Source: Paraspadella gotoi (Eukaryota; Animalia; Chaetognatha). From it: a stretch of 64,000 nucleotides of DNA. Shown here in pieces: positions 28,020 through 38,960 of this stretch. The notes beneath the pieces were generated by a model, which was given only the letters and a program-made list of their open reading frames with translations, was not told the origin of the DNA and did no database searches. The translations under genes and the position numbers were made by a program. The DNA lies in NCBI GenBank assembly GCA_051294375.1, contig CM119269.1, positions 21,650,038-21,714,037 on the forward strand. Reading direction: 5' to 3'. Each line of letters begins with the position of its first letter. Position 1 is the first letter of the stretch.

Positions 28020-29147
28020 AGAGGAAAGAGGGAGATTTCCAACAAAGAATTGAGAAAGAAGGTGGTCAGATGTGAGGACAGGTGAAGGTAAGGACAAGGA
28101 AGAAGAAAAGATTTGTTGAAACTTGAAAGGTGAAAAAAATTTTGAGGGAGAGAGAGAAAAAAAAAACAGAGGCAGAGAAAAATAATTACATGTAGCAATG
28201 TACAACAGAGTATAAATGAAAAAAAACTTTAACACTAAACTAGTAATAAAAAGAAACTAATAATTTAGTTAAAAAACTAATTAAGAATGAAATGTGGGAA
28301 GGGAAAATAAGTTGTATTGGATAGAAAGTGAAAGATGTTTAGTGAAATTAAGATAAAGTAAGAGCTCAAAAAAGATCTGCCCCCCCGGCGTGGCAAATGT
28401 GGGACGTTAGCGATGTGATCGGGTTATTAGCTTGTCATAGACTGAGAGGTATTGTAGTAGGCTGGGTATGATTCCCAAGGCCATTCTAATATCCCTCTGG
28501 CCTGATAAGCCTGCCGACGCCCCCTCTCGCCTGACGACGAGGCGGGCGATTATCTGTTCTGGCCTGCTTAGATTTTGAAATTTGATTTTGAGTTTGATTA
28601 TTCTGCTCATAATGCTTAATAAAACACATTTACAATCACCAGGATTCGTAAGAAGAAGCCGTACATGGAGATATTATGTACATGACATTATGCTAAAAAA
28701 TAAAATAACAATTAAAAATTATAATTTCAATTAAATAAATAAACGAGGAAATGGTAAATTTAAAAAGAAAAAATTTTCTATACAGCATCACTGCTTAAGT
28801 TTTATGATGGAACCTTTTTCCATTTTTAACCATTTCCATAACTTTCAATTGTTCAACCAATTATTTTCAATAGTTTTGAAGTATCTTTAGAATAAATTTC
28901 TCTGATGCAGGGGATACAGATTCCTCCCCTTCCTCCTGCAGCCGTCGTTTTGGGCGACGCTCGGTGCGAGGAGAGTCGCACCAAGTTGCTGCGGGCTCGG
29001 GAGAGGCATCGGGCGTCCATTGCCTGCTGAGAGGCCTCCGCCTGACCCGTTGAGTAGGGACAGGGGAATCACCGTGCGGTTTCGGTGGCGTTGGGCGTTT
29101 CACCTCCATTTTGATAAGCGAATCATAGCTTGGAGGGAGGTCGAATC
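28020..29147. mobile_element. Second copy of the unclassified structured repeat that forms the cargo at 23560-24423 (with ~340 bp AT-rich insert)
   Basis: Shared blocks (gtggtcagatg.gaggacaggtgaag; cctgataagcctgccga; ctcctgcagccgtcgttttgggcgac) and an identical end ...cttggagggaggtcgaatc; the other end runs into (GA)n. Confidence 0.75.
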
Positions 29148-29554
29148 GTCTGTTTTTTCCTAAATTCAAAACACAACGAAAAGAAAGAATCATAACAATT
29201 ATAATCTTTAAAAAAATCAACTTTAATATCTTAGCTTATCATTCTCCCCTTTCAGTTTCGTCTTCCCTTTTTCCATTTTCTATGTTTCCTTTTTCCATTT
29301 TCTATGTTTCCTTTTTCCATTTTCTAAGTTTCCTTTTTCTATTTTCAAAGTTTTCTTTTTTCCATTTTCTATGTTTATTTTTTTCATTTTCTATGTTTCC
29401 ATTTTATAATTTTCCCCCAAACTCCATTTTCTTTTCTTTCATACCTTTTTCTTTCCACCTCTATTGCCATCACATTTTCTAATCCCCCTTCCCCATTTTC
29501 TAATCCCCCTTCCCCTTCTCCCTTCCCCATCCCCTTCCCCTACCCTTCCGCCAG

Positions 29555-29714
29555 AAACGTTCCCCGTTTTGCAGCAACGAATGCGACTCGTCATCCAGAC
29601 AGAAATGCAATTGGCTCAGATGGAAGAGAGTTACTTGGACACTGAGGCGCTCAACATCGACAATTCGTTGCAACGCTGCAAGAAGCTCAGCGGAACTTTG
29701 CTCACAATGAGAAG
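29555..29714 (+). CDS. AIP3-domain exon (SRCIN1/KIAA1217/CG32809-like)
   Basis: ccag|(K)TFPVLQQRMRLVIQTEMQLAQMEESYLDTEALNIDNSLQRCKKLSGTLLTMR AG|gtgggt; phase 1/2; FP.LQ...EM....EE..L......L.RCKKL.GTL motif as recalled for the family. Confidence 0.88.
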
Positions 29715-29880
29715 GTGGGTCAATACTTACCTTTTCTGAGGGCGGGAGGGGGATTTAGGGTAAGGTGTGAGGAGAAGAACGATCGTCAATTCGTTCTCAA
29801 TTTCTGTCGAACACAATGAATGTCATACGAGTTCCCTTAAAATATTTCACTGCTTTCTCCTCTCTCTCTTTCTTCTCTCT

Positions 29881-29963
<83 letters not shown>

Positions 29964-30047
29964 GTTTCAAAAATTCAATTAGCTTTCTCACCGAAGGTTA
30001 CCATGCAATTTAGATAATTAAAGAGAGAGAAGAGAGAGGAGAGAGAG

Positions 30048-30096
<49 letters not shown>

Positions 30097-30237
30097 TGGA
30101 GGGAGGGCCAATGAAAGGGGGATCGCCATTGCAGCGACAAAAAAGAAGAAGAAAAAAATATCACCTTTCGCTCGTTTTTTTTTAAACCGCGTAATTGTTT
30201 CTAAAAATATTGCGCTTTCAAAAACCTGTAATACTTT

Positions 30238-30548
30238 GGCTCTCTTTTCCGAAAGCGCCCTATTTATGTATCTTAATCTTTAAACTTAGTTTTAATCTTG
30301 ATATTTATCTTCATAAAACTTATAACTCAATCCTTATCCATAATCCCTAATCTTTAACCATAATCCCTAATCCTTAACCATAATCCTTAACCATAATCCC
30401 TAATTCCAACCATAAACCTTAATTTTGAAACCTAAAACCCTGAACGCTAATCTTTAACCTTTAATCTTTAACCGAATTCATATAAACTTAAAATCTGATT
30501 TTTTTTCCCAATTCAAGATGAAATCGGGCGTTTTGGGAAAATAAGGCC
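30238..30548. mobile_element. MITE with GG..CC termini, imperfect ~30-35 bp TIRs, 8-bp TSD and telomere-like interior (Merlin- or MULE-type); relatives at 14662-14871, 35786-35938, 53500-53937, ~56579-56770
   Basis: AATACTTT|GGCTCTCTTTTCCGAAAGCGCCCTATTT ... AAATCGGGCGTTTTGGGAAAATAAGGCC|AATACTTT; the copy at 14662 has GACAAATA/GACAGATT flanks. Confidence 0.7.
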
Positions 30549-31238
30549 AATACTTTTTTTCTTCAAACTACCGTCACAACTCCGTCCATTTTTTAAAAAA
30601 ATGTTTTTCTCCCCTTTTCCCTTTTTCTTCCTTTTTTTTCCTTTTATTTTCCTTTTTTGTAATGTCAATATCGTTGACCTTTGCTCTCCTTCGTCTTGAC
30701 GTGATCTCTATCACCTGAACATTCTCCGTCTCCAACTCTTTATTCCCGACTCGAACTTGTCACGCTCTGTCGCCGCGGTTGTCACGTTATGTCACGCTGT
30801 CCGTGGCACGACTCTTCGACGTTTGTCTTGACCGTCACCGATCTTTCTTCTTCTCACGTGATGTGAAATTGTGACTCCGTCTTTTCTTTTTTTTTTCTCT
30901 CACTGTTATTGTCGTTGTTGTTGTTGTCTTCGTCGTCATTGTTTTTATTGTTTATGGTTTATTATTTGTTTTTATTATTGATGTTTTGTTTGTTTATTGT
31001 TGTTGTTGTTGTCGTCGTTGTTGTTGATCATTTCCCGCGCCTTCTCCACGCGTTGACGTTTCACTTTTGTCATGCCACCCGTTTTCCATGTCTTCGTGCC
31101 CTTTATCTCTTCCCTGTCTTTTCCCCCCCACCTTTTCTGGGTTGTTGTTGTGAAATTTCCTGTCCCACCTTCAATGCCGTCGCCATGTTATCGCCATGTC
31201 GTCGCCATGTCTGTTTCTCCCGTTGTCCGAAACTCCAG

Positions 31239-31344
31239 TTGGTTGGTTCCAAGGCGGGTCAAGGCGTCCGGCGCTTCCGCCCGCCCTAGAATCGTCTCCT
31301 TTGCCGGATTTTCGGGAAATGCCGGAAAGAGCGACTTTTTCTGA
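31239..31344 (+). CDS. Candidate terminal exon of the AIP3-domain gene
   Basis: ctccag acceptor; a phase-2 join gives (S)WLVPRRVKASGASARPRIVSFAGFSGNAGKSDFF*; no homology support. Confidence 0.3.
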
Positions 31345-34038
31345 CGCGCTATACTGCGATATGCTGCGATTCGCGAATGAGATACTGCGATGCGGTGAGA
31401 TGAGAAGTAGGGGCATCGCGAATAAATGCTGTAAACTGTGTTGGCGTGATCGTGCCGTGGCCAGTGGCACTCTGGATTGGTGAACATGTGCTGCTGGAAT
31501 CTTTAGCTGCTACCGTGAATGTATAAAGGGTTTTAAATGACAGACTAGATAAAAAAAACTGTTTAACAATTATGCCTTAGAACGTATCAAGATATCCGGA
31601 TTACTTAAATATTCTGGGATGCTACAATAAAGCGCGATGCATTAGAAAGCGAATTTCGAAAAGTCGAATCGGCATGCGAGCATGGCATGGTAATATCTTG
31701 GCAAAAAAGTCACGGTGAAAGTGACGCAATTCAATCCCTATTGCTACCTATTCAAGTTATTGTAAAACGCATAAGCAATAATTATCAACTTTTTAAAAAA
31801 CTAAACCACGTGAGTAATTATTAGTCGAACTTTTACTATTTCCTATTTACTTATCTTTTTATTTCTGAATTAGATATTTTTTTCCTCAATCAAAAACTTT
31901 TTAAATCATTCAGTTAGTTTCAAGACTTAGCTTATTAACATTTGGTTATGATGCTAATTTATTATGGCGGTTGTTTTTTTTTTTTTTTTTTTTTTGCGAT
32001 CCACACCAAATCTCATTTCAAAATTTGTTGCCAAAAATTAGTCTTTATTTTCAACATAGAGATGATCTTTGTAATACATGATTATGTATTAATATTGCCA
32101 TAAACTTTTTGATTTTATATAGCACGCTGAGTACACGGATTTCAGAATGGAGAACAAAATCATCATTGAAACTGTAGCTCTAATAGTTATTAATTTTTTA
32201 TTAAATTTGTTTAATTCTCTTATCTTTTTTTTAATTAAATTACTGGTGATTTTTTTTGCTGAATAATTTTATTAGTAAATGTAACAAAGATAAAAAATTC
32301 TCATCAAAATGTATTTATGTCGGTAAGATATTCCTAGCTAAATCTTACAATACCCCAGACTAAAATCCGCGTAGATCGTCAATGCCTAAAATTGAAAAAA
32401 AAACAAAAACAATATCATGAATCATTTTGTTTTATTACTTATTATGTTTTCTTTTAAAAAAACATTCATTTCTTTCAATACAAAGCTTAGTTTTTGTTTT
32501 AATACCTTTATTGTAATACTTTCCCCCGCACGTACTATTAGACGAAATGTTGCAATCGATTCTAGGGTAATAGGTTTTATGCAAATCATTTGTTCGTTGC
32601 TAATAAATCATTTTTTTGAATTATTTTTACATGAACATTCGTTTCCTCACGACAACATGACTTCTTCCGCCTCAACTGGGTCTAACTACATCAACCCCGT
32701 CCAACCCCATCAGACTCGCCACAGTCCAGCAGCAAAAGTGAATCTCATTCACAATTGTTTTGTTTCACGCGAAGCAAGAAAATCACTTGTGAACTTTTTA
32801 CGATTAGACTTCATGACAAAAAAAAAATTCGGCTCATATTTCACGTATCATATTGTACGCTGCATTGTTGAATATATTTTAATCTACGTTCAAATTCATA
32901 TAGAAAATAATAAAGAAAATTGTCTATTATAGTTTGAAGGTTATTGATGGCAAAGGTTATGTAGTTCTTTGTTTAATAATAATTTAAATAGTTTGAAGTT
33001 ATTCCCAAAATTTGATGGCGAAAAAACAATTAGTGTCAGAATAAGTAGTTAAGTACTCAAATAAATTTTTTTTGTTGCTAGTATAACAAAAAACAATTAA
33101 AATTAACAAATATTTTTTTTTAAATAAATTTAATTAAAAAAAATTACACGAGGGAAAAAAAGTGTTAGCGATTTAAGGGTAACAAAGTCAATGAATCAGT
33201 GAAAATCAGTGAAAAGTCAGTGAAAGAATCTTTAGTGAAATCTTGCAGTGACTTGCTTTGAATTTATCTTGTACTATAAGTAGATGGAGGCTTTCGGCTT
33301 AATTAACCATAGCCAAGTCAGTTATTGAATGAATATAAAATTTTTAAGTTTGTTGTACCAATTTAACACAAATTTCGGGCATTCAAGCCGAATTCATTGA
33401 TTATGATAATGGGTTTGAGTCAGTGTAATGGTGTGTTAGCATGTATAATTAACTCCGACTTTCCACTCAATTGCTTGATTCACATCTTGCCTCAATCGTG
33501 TGTCCCGAGTTCAATCCCAGAGAATCCTGATTTTATCATAAATGTAACCAGCCGCGACATGGGGCGGACACTGAAAAACCTCTGCCCTCTTCGCCCCGGG
33601 TTTTCACTGGCGATGTCTCGCCAAAAGGAAATCAATCGAGAAAAATAACAACAACAACAATAACAACAACCGATCGAGTCACGATTTCCATGAGATTTGA
33701 TTTTCTGGTCGAAGGCTGATTTAATGGGACGCTGCCGCTGCCGCTGCCCTCCCCGACGCCGCCGCAGCCGAGCTGGAGGGTGTTGAGGAAAGTCAAGCAG
33801 CGGAATCCGTTTTTGATTTTATTCATGAATCGATTGTTTTTTAGCCCAAGAAAGAATAAAAAAACTGATATCTGGAGGAAAGGAAAAAAATGAGAAGGAA
33901 AAAAAAGGAAAGGGAAAGTTAAAGAGAGAAAGATAAAGGGAAAAAGAGGGAAAAAATAGAAGATAATATCCCATTTTTAAGGGGACAGAAGATAAGAAAA
34001 AAAAAAAGAAAGAAGGAACCAATAATTCTGAAGGATGA

Positions 34039-34084
34039 ACTAGTCTCTTTGGAGGCGTGGGTTCGAATCCCACCGCTGTCACCA
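34039..34084 (+). pseudogene. 3' half of tRNA-Leu (long variable arm) ending in CCA
   Basis: ACTAGTCTCTTTGGAGGCGTGGGTTCGAATCCCACCGCTGTCA-CCA: variable arm, T arm and 3' acceptor strand of a eukaryotic tRNA-Leu; no 5' half upstream. Confidence 0.8.
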
Positions 34085-34531
34085 CAAATAAGTAAGTAGA
34101 CAGGGATTTCGAGACGAAATCTAAGTGAATTTTATACCTTCAGAAAATTGATCATAATAGAAGACGGTGTCAATTCTTGGGGCAGAGTGAATCAATACAG
34201 GTTTGAGTTCCAATTCCTACAGATACATCGGATCGCAGGTCATGGTAAAAATCACCGGCGGATGGAAGCCCATCCGATCATTGGCCAGTTCCATTTGTCT
34301 CTTGACCAATGAGAATGTTCCATTCTTCTTCCGGCGGATTTCACCCGAGTCGTTGATCCGATTTAGATTATGGAGTCTTGATTCCTCTGCGATTAGATTG
34401 TCATCACAAATGGTCGGTCGGTCGATGTGAGAAATCACGTGAGAACCACGAAAAGGATCATATTTAGATAATTTTATGATACTTATAAATTACATGTCGT
34501 CAAATATTCTGGGAAATAATAAAATAAACAG

Positions 34532-34780
34532 TTATGGCGGACTAAAATCCACCAACCGTCCATCAGCGGACATTGGTGCCGGAGGCAAGTCATTCGCCTC
34601 CCAACCCAAAGGTCCGGGGTTCTAACCCGTTGGTCGCCTCGCAGTTACGAGGGACGTAGCGCTTAACCCGCCAGTAACACGGTGTTACAGCTTGATCCAA
34701 AGCTCAGGGACTGATTATATTGAACGGTTCTGTCACTAATACATAACCATAATTACTGTCTCTTCACAGTGTTATTAATT
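34532..34780 (+). mobile_element. Second independent copy of the tRNA-twister repeat (twister ~34641-34715, partly mutated)
   Basis: Same modules; P1 hexamer AGCGCT; substitutions in T1, P3 and P4. Confidence 0.78.
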
Positions 34781-35368
34781 TATTTTTTAAAGGATGGAGG
34801 CCCTAACCTATCTAGGCCTGTTGAAAGTCAAGGGCAAGATAGCTTATTTTTTGAACGAATGGCTAATTTTTGTAGTATTAGTTGTACCAATTTCAACCTC
34901 GGTCTTTGAGCTACCAAAAGATAAAAATTCTACGACAGTAAGTAATTATTAAATAGCTGGATAGCTTGATTTTGCACTGCTCTATTAAAATCGAGTTAAC
35001 ACTTGCTGTGTAGCTAAATTAACAGATATTTTGCCAATTATGATTATGAAAGATAGAGATATAAAAATACGTAGAAAAAAGGGGAAAAAATTTAACGGCA
35101 CCATTTCCCTAAACTTGTACCAAAAGTTTAATAACCAAACCTCGCCCTCATTCTTAACCTTTACGTAATCCTCACCCCTACTATCATTCCTAATCCTAAT
35201 CTTTAACCAAATCTCAAAGTAATTACCTAACCGAATCCTTATCCCTAATCCTTATCCCTAATCCTTATCCCTAATCCTTAAAAAGCTAATGAAAAAACAG
35301 TAATTATTGTTATATGAAATTGGTACAACCAATATAAAAATTATCCATTCATTTAATAAATAAGCTAT

Positions 35369-35590
35369 TATGGTGGACTAAAATCCACCAACCGTTCATC
35401 AGCGGCCATTGGTGCCGGAGGCAAGTCATTCGCCTCCCAACCCAAAGGTCCGGGGTTCTAGCCCGGTGGTCGTCTGGCAGTTAAGAGGGACGGGGCGCTT
35501 AACCCGCCTGTAACATGGTGTTACAGCCTGATCCGAAGCTCAGGGACTACTTACAATGAACGGTTCTGTCATTACCACTTATCAATAATT
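35369..35590 (+). mobile_element. tRNA-headed, twister-ribozyme-containing dispersed repeat (best copy)
   Basis: 5' hairpin TGGTGGA-ctaaaa-TCCACCA; tRNA-like module 35402-35473 (acceptor GCGGCCA/TGGTCGY, CTCCCAA loop, AGGTC variable loop, GGTTCTAGCC B-box-like T arm); twister-like module 35476-35551. Confidence 0.8.
35476..35551 (+). ncRNA. Type-P5 twister ribozyme-like motif; predicted cleavage U35500/A35501
   Basis: GG-GA-CGG..UAA-CCC-GC-C[UGUAAC/GUUACA]G-CCUGA-UCCGAAGC-UCAGG; T1 CCG/CGG, T2 GC/GC; P5 gcagtt/gact.c closes the ends. Confidence 0.8.
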
Positions 35591-35601
35591 ANNNNNNNNN
35601 N

Positions 35602-35736
35602 CAGAATCGTTCAATATGAACAGTCCCTGAGCGACCACTGGGCTAGAACCCCGGACCTTTGGGTTGAGGAGGCGAATGACTTGCCTCCGGCACCAATGGC
35701 CGCTGATGAACGGTTAGTGGATTTTAGTCCACCATA
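35602..35736 (-). mobile_element. Inverted copy of the tRNA-twister repeat with the ribozyme core deleted
   Basis: Reverse complement of hairpin and tRNA head joined directly to gctcagggactgtt at a GC(T) microhomology. Confidence 0.72.
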
Positions 35737-37267
35737 CTAACTTAATTCTGTAATTAAACTAAAATAAGTCACTTTTAAAAATTATGGCCAATTTATCCTA
35801 TAAAATGCATAGTGAATAAAAGGCAAATAGAATTAATTATAGAATAATTCTTAACCTTAACCTTTAATCTAATCTTTAACTAAAATTAAATTAATTCCGA
35901 ATTTGAGATAAAATGAGGTGTTTAGGTAAAATAAGGCCAAATCGCGTGGGTCTGTGAGGCTATCGGTCTGACCTGACCGTTAAACTGTTTTGAGAGTTAA
36001 AGCTATCATACAAGTAAACCTTTTTGGAGAAGCAATTATTTTCGAATCCAGTCGACATTCCAGTTTTAACGACAAAAACAAAAATTTTAGTTTTTATGTT
36101 TTTATGTCACATTTTTTATTAGATTGTGTCACTTCTAGTATTTCCTTTGCTTCTGATTAGTAACTGAGTCAAAGAATTGGGACCCCTAGGGGTCAGACTT
36201 TCTCCAAAGGTCGCCCCACTTTGTCTACCTGCTCCTAAAGATTAGAAGAAAAGACTGGAGAAGAAACTAAACTCCATAGTTTACCTGCTGTACAGTGTAA
36301 AATTTACATTATTTTATTATTTCATTACTTTATGACAGATTTAAAATATAATTTTGGGCTAAAAGGGAAAAAATGGAAAAAAAATAACTTGAAAACTCCA
36401 TAGCCTAGCTCTAGTACATATTCAAAATTATTTTATTTTCAAATGACAGCCAAATAGATTCTTGTTTCAATTTAATTGCTCATTCGAAGTTATCAATAAA
36501 TCATGTTATGCTAAAGAAAGAAAAGTTAAAACTATTGAACCAGACCAGAGGTGGACGAACCGTCATAAATATCTCTGACTCTGAGAATTAAAATTTCGTT
36601 GATTTTCGAGGCAACTTTGCGTCGTCAAATCGTCAATTAGTGTCTAGCCTCTCAGCTCCTTTGCGAAATTATTTTGGGTATTTTTTTTTTTAAATATTTT
36701 TTTAAACTTTTTTAAAATTATTTTTGATTGCCTGCTAGCCTCCCTAGGGTTTCTTAGTCCCGAATTGGGACCCTGGAAGGTCTTCCCCACCACGACCTTC
36801 AATTGACAATTTTCATGATTCAAGGTAGTTAACCCCCCCCCCCAAAAAAAGGTGTTAAGAGATGCGTATCATGATTTGAAAACCGGTTTTCGCTTAGAAA
36901 GAGAAATTGTCTCCTTCCTTTTTCGAATTAAAAAATCCGACATGAAAACGAAACCCTTTTAAATTTTAAAATATAAGTCAAATTGTATTTATTTATAATA
37001 ATTAAAATATAATAAAATATAATTAAAACATTATTATGGTACGAAATTACACATACATTTTAGTAAGCCTTCTTAACTGATATTGTAACGAAAGATTATG
37101 TAAAACTACGGAGAAAGACTAAATGTTTAAAAGTAACGGGAGTAAGAAATTTCAATCACGTTATTTCGAATTTAACTATCCATCTTTGAATTCGTGATAG
37201 TAGAGATATTAATTTAATTGACAAATACATAATTATACCGTTTCAGGTTTTATGACTTAACTAAACA

Positions 37268-37534
37268 ATGGACTCCAAAATCGTCCTCATTATTTTGGGA
37301 ATCAGCATCGCGATCAACATCGGATTGATCGTCGCCGTCATCGTCGTCGCAGTCGATCGTCCAGATGGCGACAACGATTCTGGCACCAAGAATGCCATCT
37401 GCAATGTGGCGCCTAATCCAAGCATAAAGCTGGACAATCAAACGCGCGAGGATAATCCGATCAAAGGCAAAGTCGAGATCACTGAAGAGTCGGACCATCG
37501 GCTCAAAGTCGCCGTCAATTTAATGGGTTTCAAG
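37268..37534 (+). CDS. Cu/Zn superoxide dismutase exon 1 (extracellular/membrane SOD3-like, N-terminal hydrophobic anchor)
   Basis: MDSKIVLIILGISIAINIGLIVAVIVVAV...AICNV...IKGKVEITE...LKVAVNLMGFK|gtgaag; phase 0. Confidence 0.85.
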
Positions 37535-38389
37535 GTGAAGAATTGGGGAAGAGATTGAAAATTGGGATTAAATTGGGGAANNNNNNNNNNNNNNNNNNNN
37601 NNNNNCGAGATTGAAATTGGGGAATTTGAAATTGGGTGAAAGAGGATTAAATATGGCGACTTAAGAAATTGGGGCCAAGAGATAATGAGAATTGGAATTA
37701 AATTGCGGGGAAGAGATTGAAAATTGGGAATTAAAATTGGGAAAGAGAAATTGGAAAATTGGGAGATGAAATTGGGGATTCTCAGGGAAGAGATTGAAAA
37801 CTTGGGAATGTAAATTGGGGAGAGAATTGACGAACTTGGGATTAACTTGGGACACGAGACTTGAAAGATGTGGGATTAAATCTGGGAAGCAAGATTGAGA
37901 ATTGGGATATAATTCGGGCGAAACCAGATTGAGAAAATTCGGATTAAAATCTGGGGAAGAGATTGAAATCAGCGAACTTCGAGTAAATTGGGGAAGAGAT
38001 TACAGATAATTGGGATAGTAGAAATTAGGGGAACATGAGCAGTTAGTATGCAGAGTGTGGGCGATGTACAATTCGCAGGGAGTGAGAGAGAGATGATAAA
38101 TTTGGGATTGAGAGATTCTCGAAATTGAATTAAATTGTCTTTAAGATATGAGCGGAATAAACAGATTTAAAAACTCCAAACTTGCGATCACTGAGGTAAC
38201 TAGATGTTATTAGTCTCTGGAGTTGTGAAGCGAAAACAATATGGCAGCTAGCGATGTAGCGATTATAACATGCCATTTATTCTTGTTCTATTTTGTTATT
38301 AAATATACTCCACCAAGAGAGACCAAGATGGGCCGACCCTTCACCTCGGCCCGCTGATCGCCGCTTCCGGGATGCATAGGCCCGCGCCA

Positions 38390-38960
38390 TCTACGCATTA
38401 CGTCACACCAGACGCCAACGTCTCACGCTTATCCACGGTTTCCACGTTCACTGGGCCCGATCCTATACTCTCACGACCGTCGCGCGCGAGATCTGGGTAC
38501 ACGGGCGACATGAGATGTGCACTAAGGACCTGCCGACGGCGACATGGCTCCAGAAATGCACAGGACAAAAAACTATGCTACGACGGCTGAGCGTGAGAGT
38601 AAACCGAGAGAGTAGAGGTACGAACGTCACGTGGGTGATTCGGGCAACATCGTGCGCGTTCGGCGAGCGCGACTGCGCAGGCCGGTTGGACTCCGAGACC
38701 GATACACACCACAGAGGAGCATCTGGGTGGGCGTGTCATGTGTAGTGAGTCGCAGGTAGTAGGTCGCCGCGCTCAGCGGGCCAATCGATGGTATCTCCAC
38801 GCGGCGGCAGAGAACGATATCCTCGGAGGAGGACGTGAGGGAGGACGCATTGCAGCGAGTTTTGGAGATGCCAGAGAAACATGCGTCGCGAGGCCAACGA
38901 CGAGTACGCTCGCTGAGGACGTTCTGACATCGTGTGCGTCATCGGTCGGCAGGCTTGAGA
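38390..38960 (+). pseudogene. Extremely noisy copy of SOD exon 2 (likely raw long-read sequence)
   Basis: Recognisable pieces (ccacggtttccacgttcac; gaacgtcacgtgggtgatt) with dense insertions; the downstream 39000-41040 likewise copies 42100-44100. Confidence 0.7.

Noticed and set aside
35402-35473. Functional tRNA-Gly(CCC) gene
   Set aside because: Anticodon stem and D arm do not pair properly, the T loop is TTCTAG, and it always occurs inside a larger repeat; treated as a tRNA-derived head.
35700-35735. CTGATGA as a hammerhead core (also 23985)
   Set aside because: No downstream stem II-GAAA-UH arrangement.
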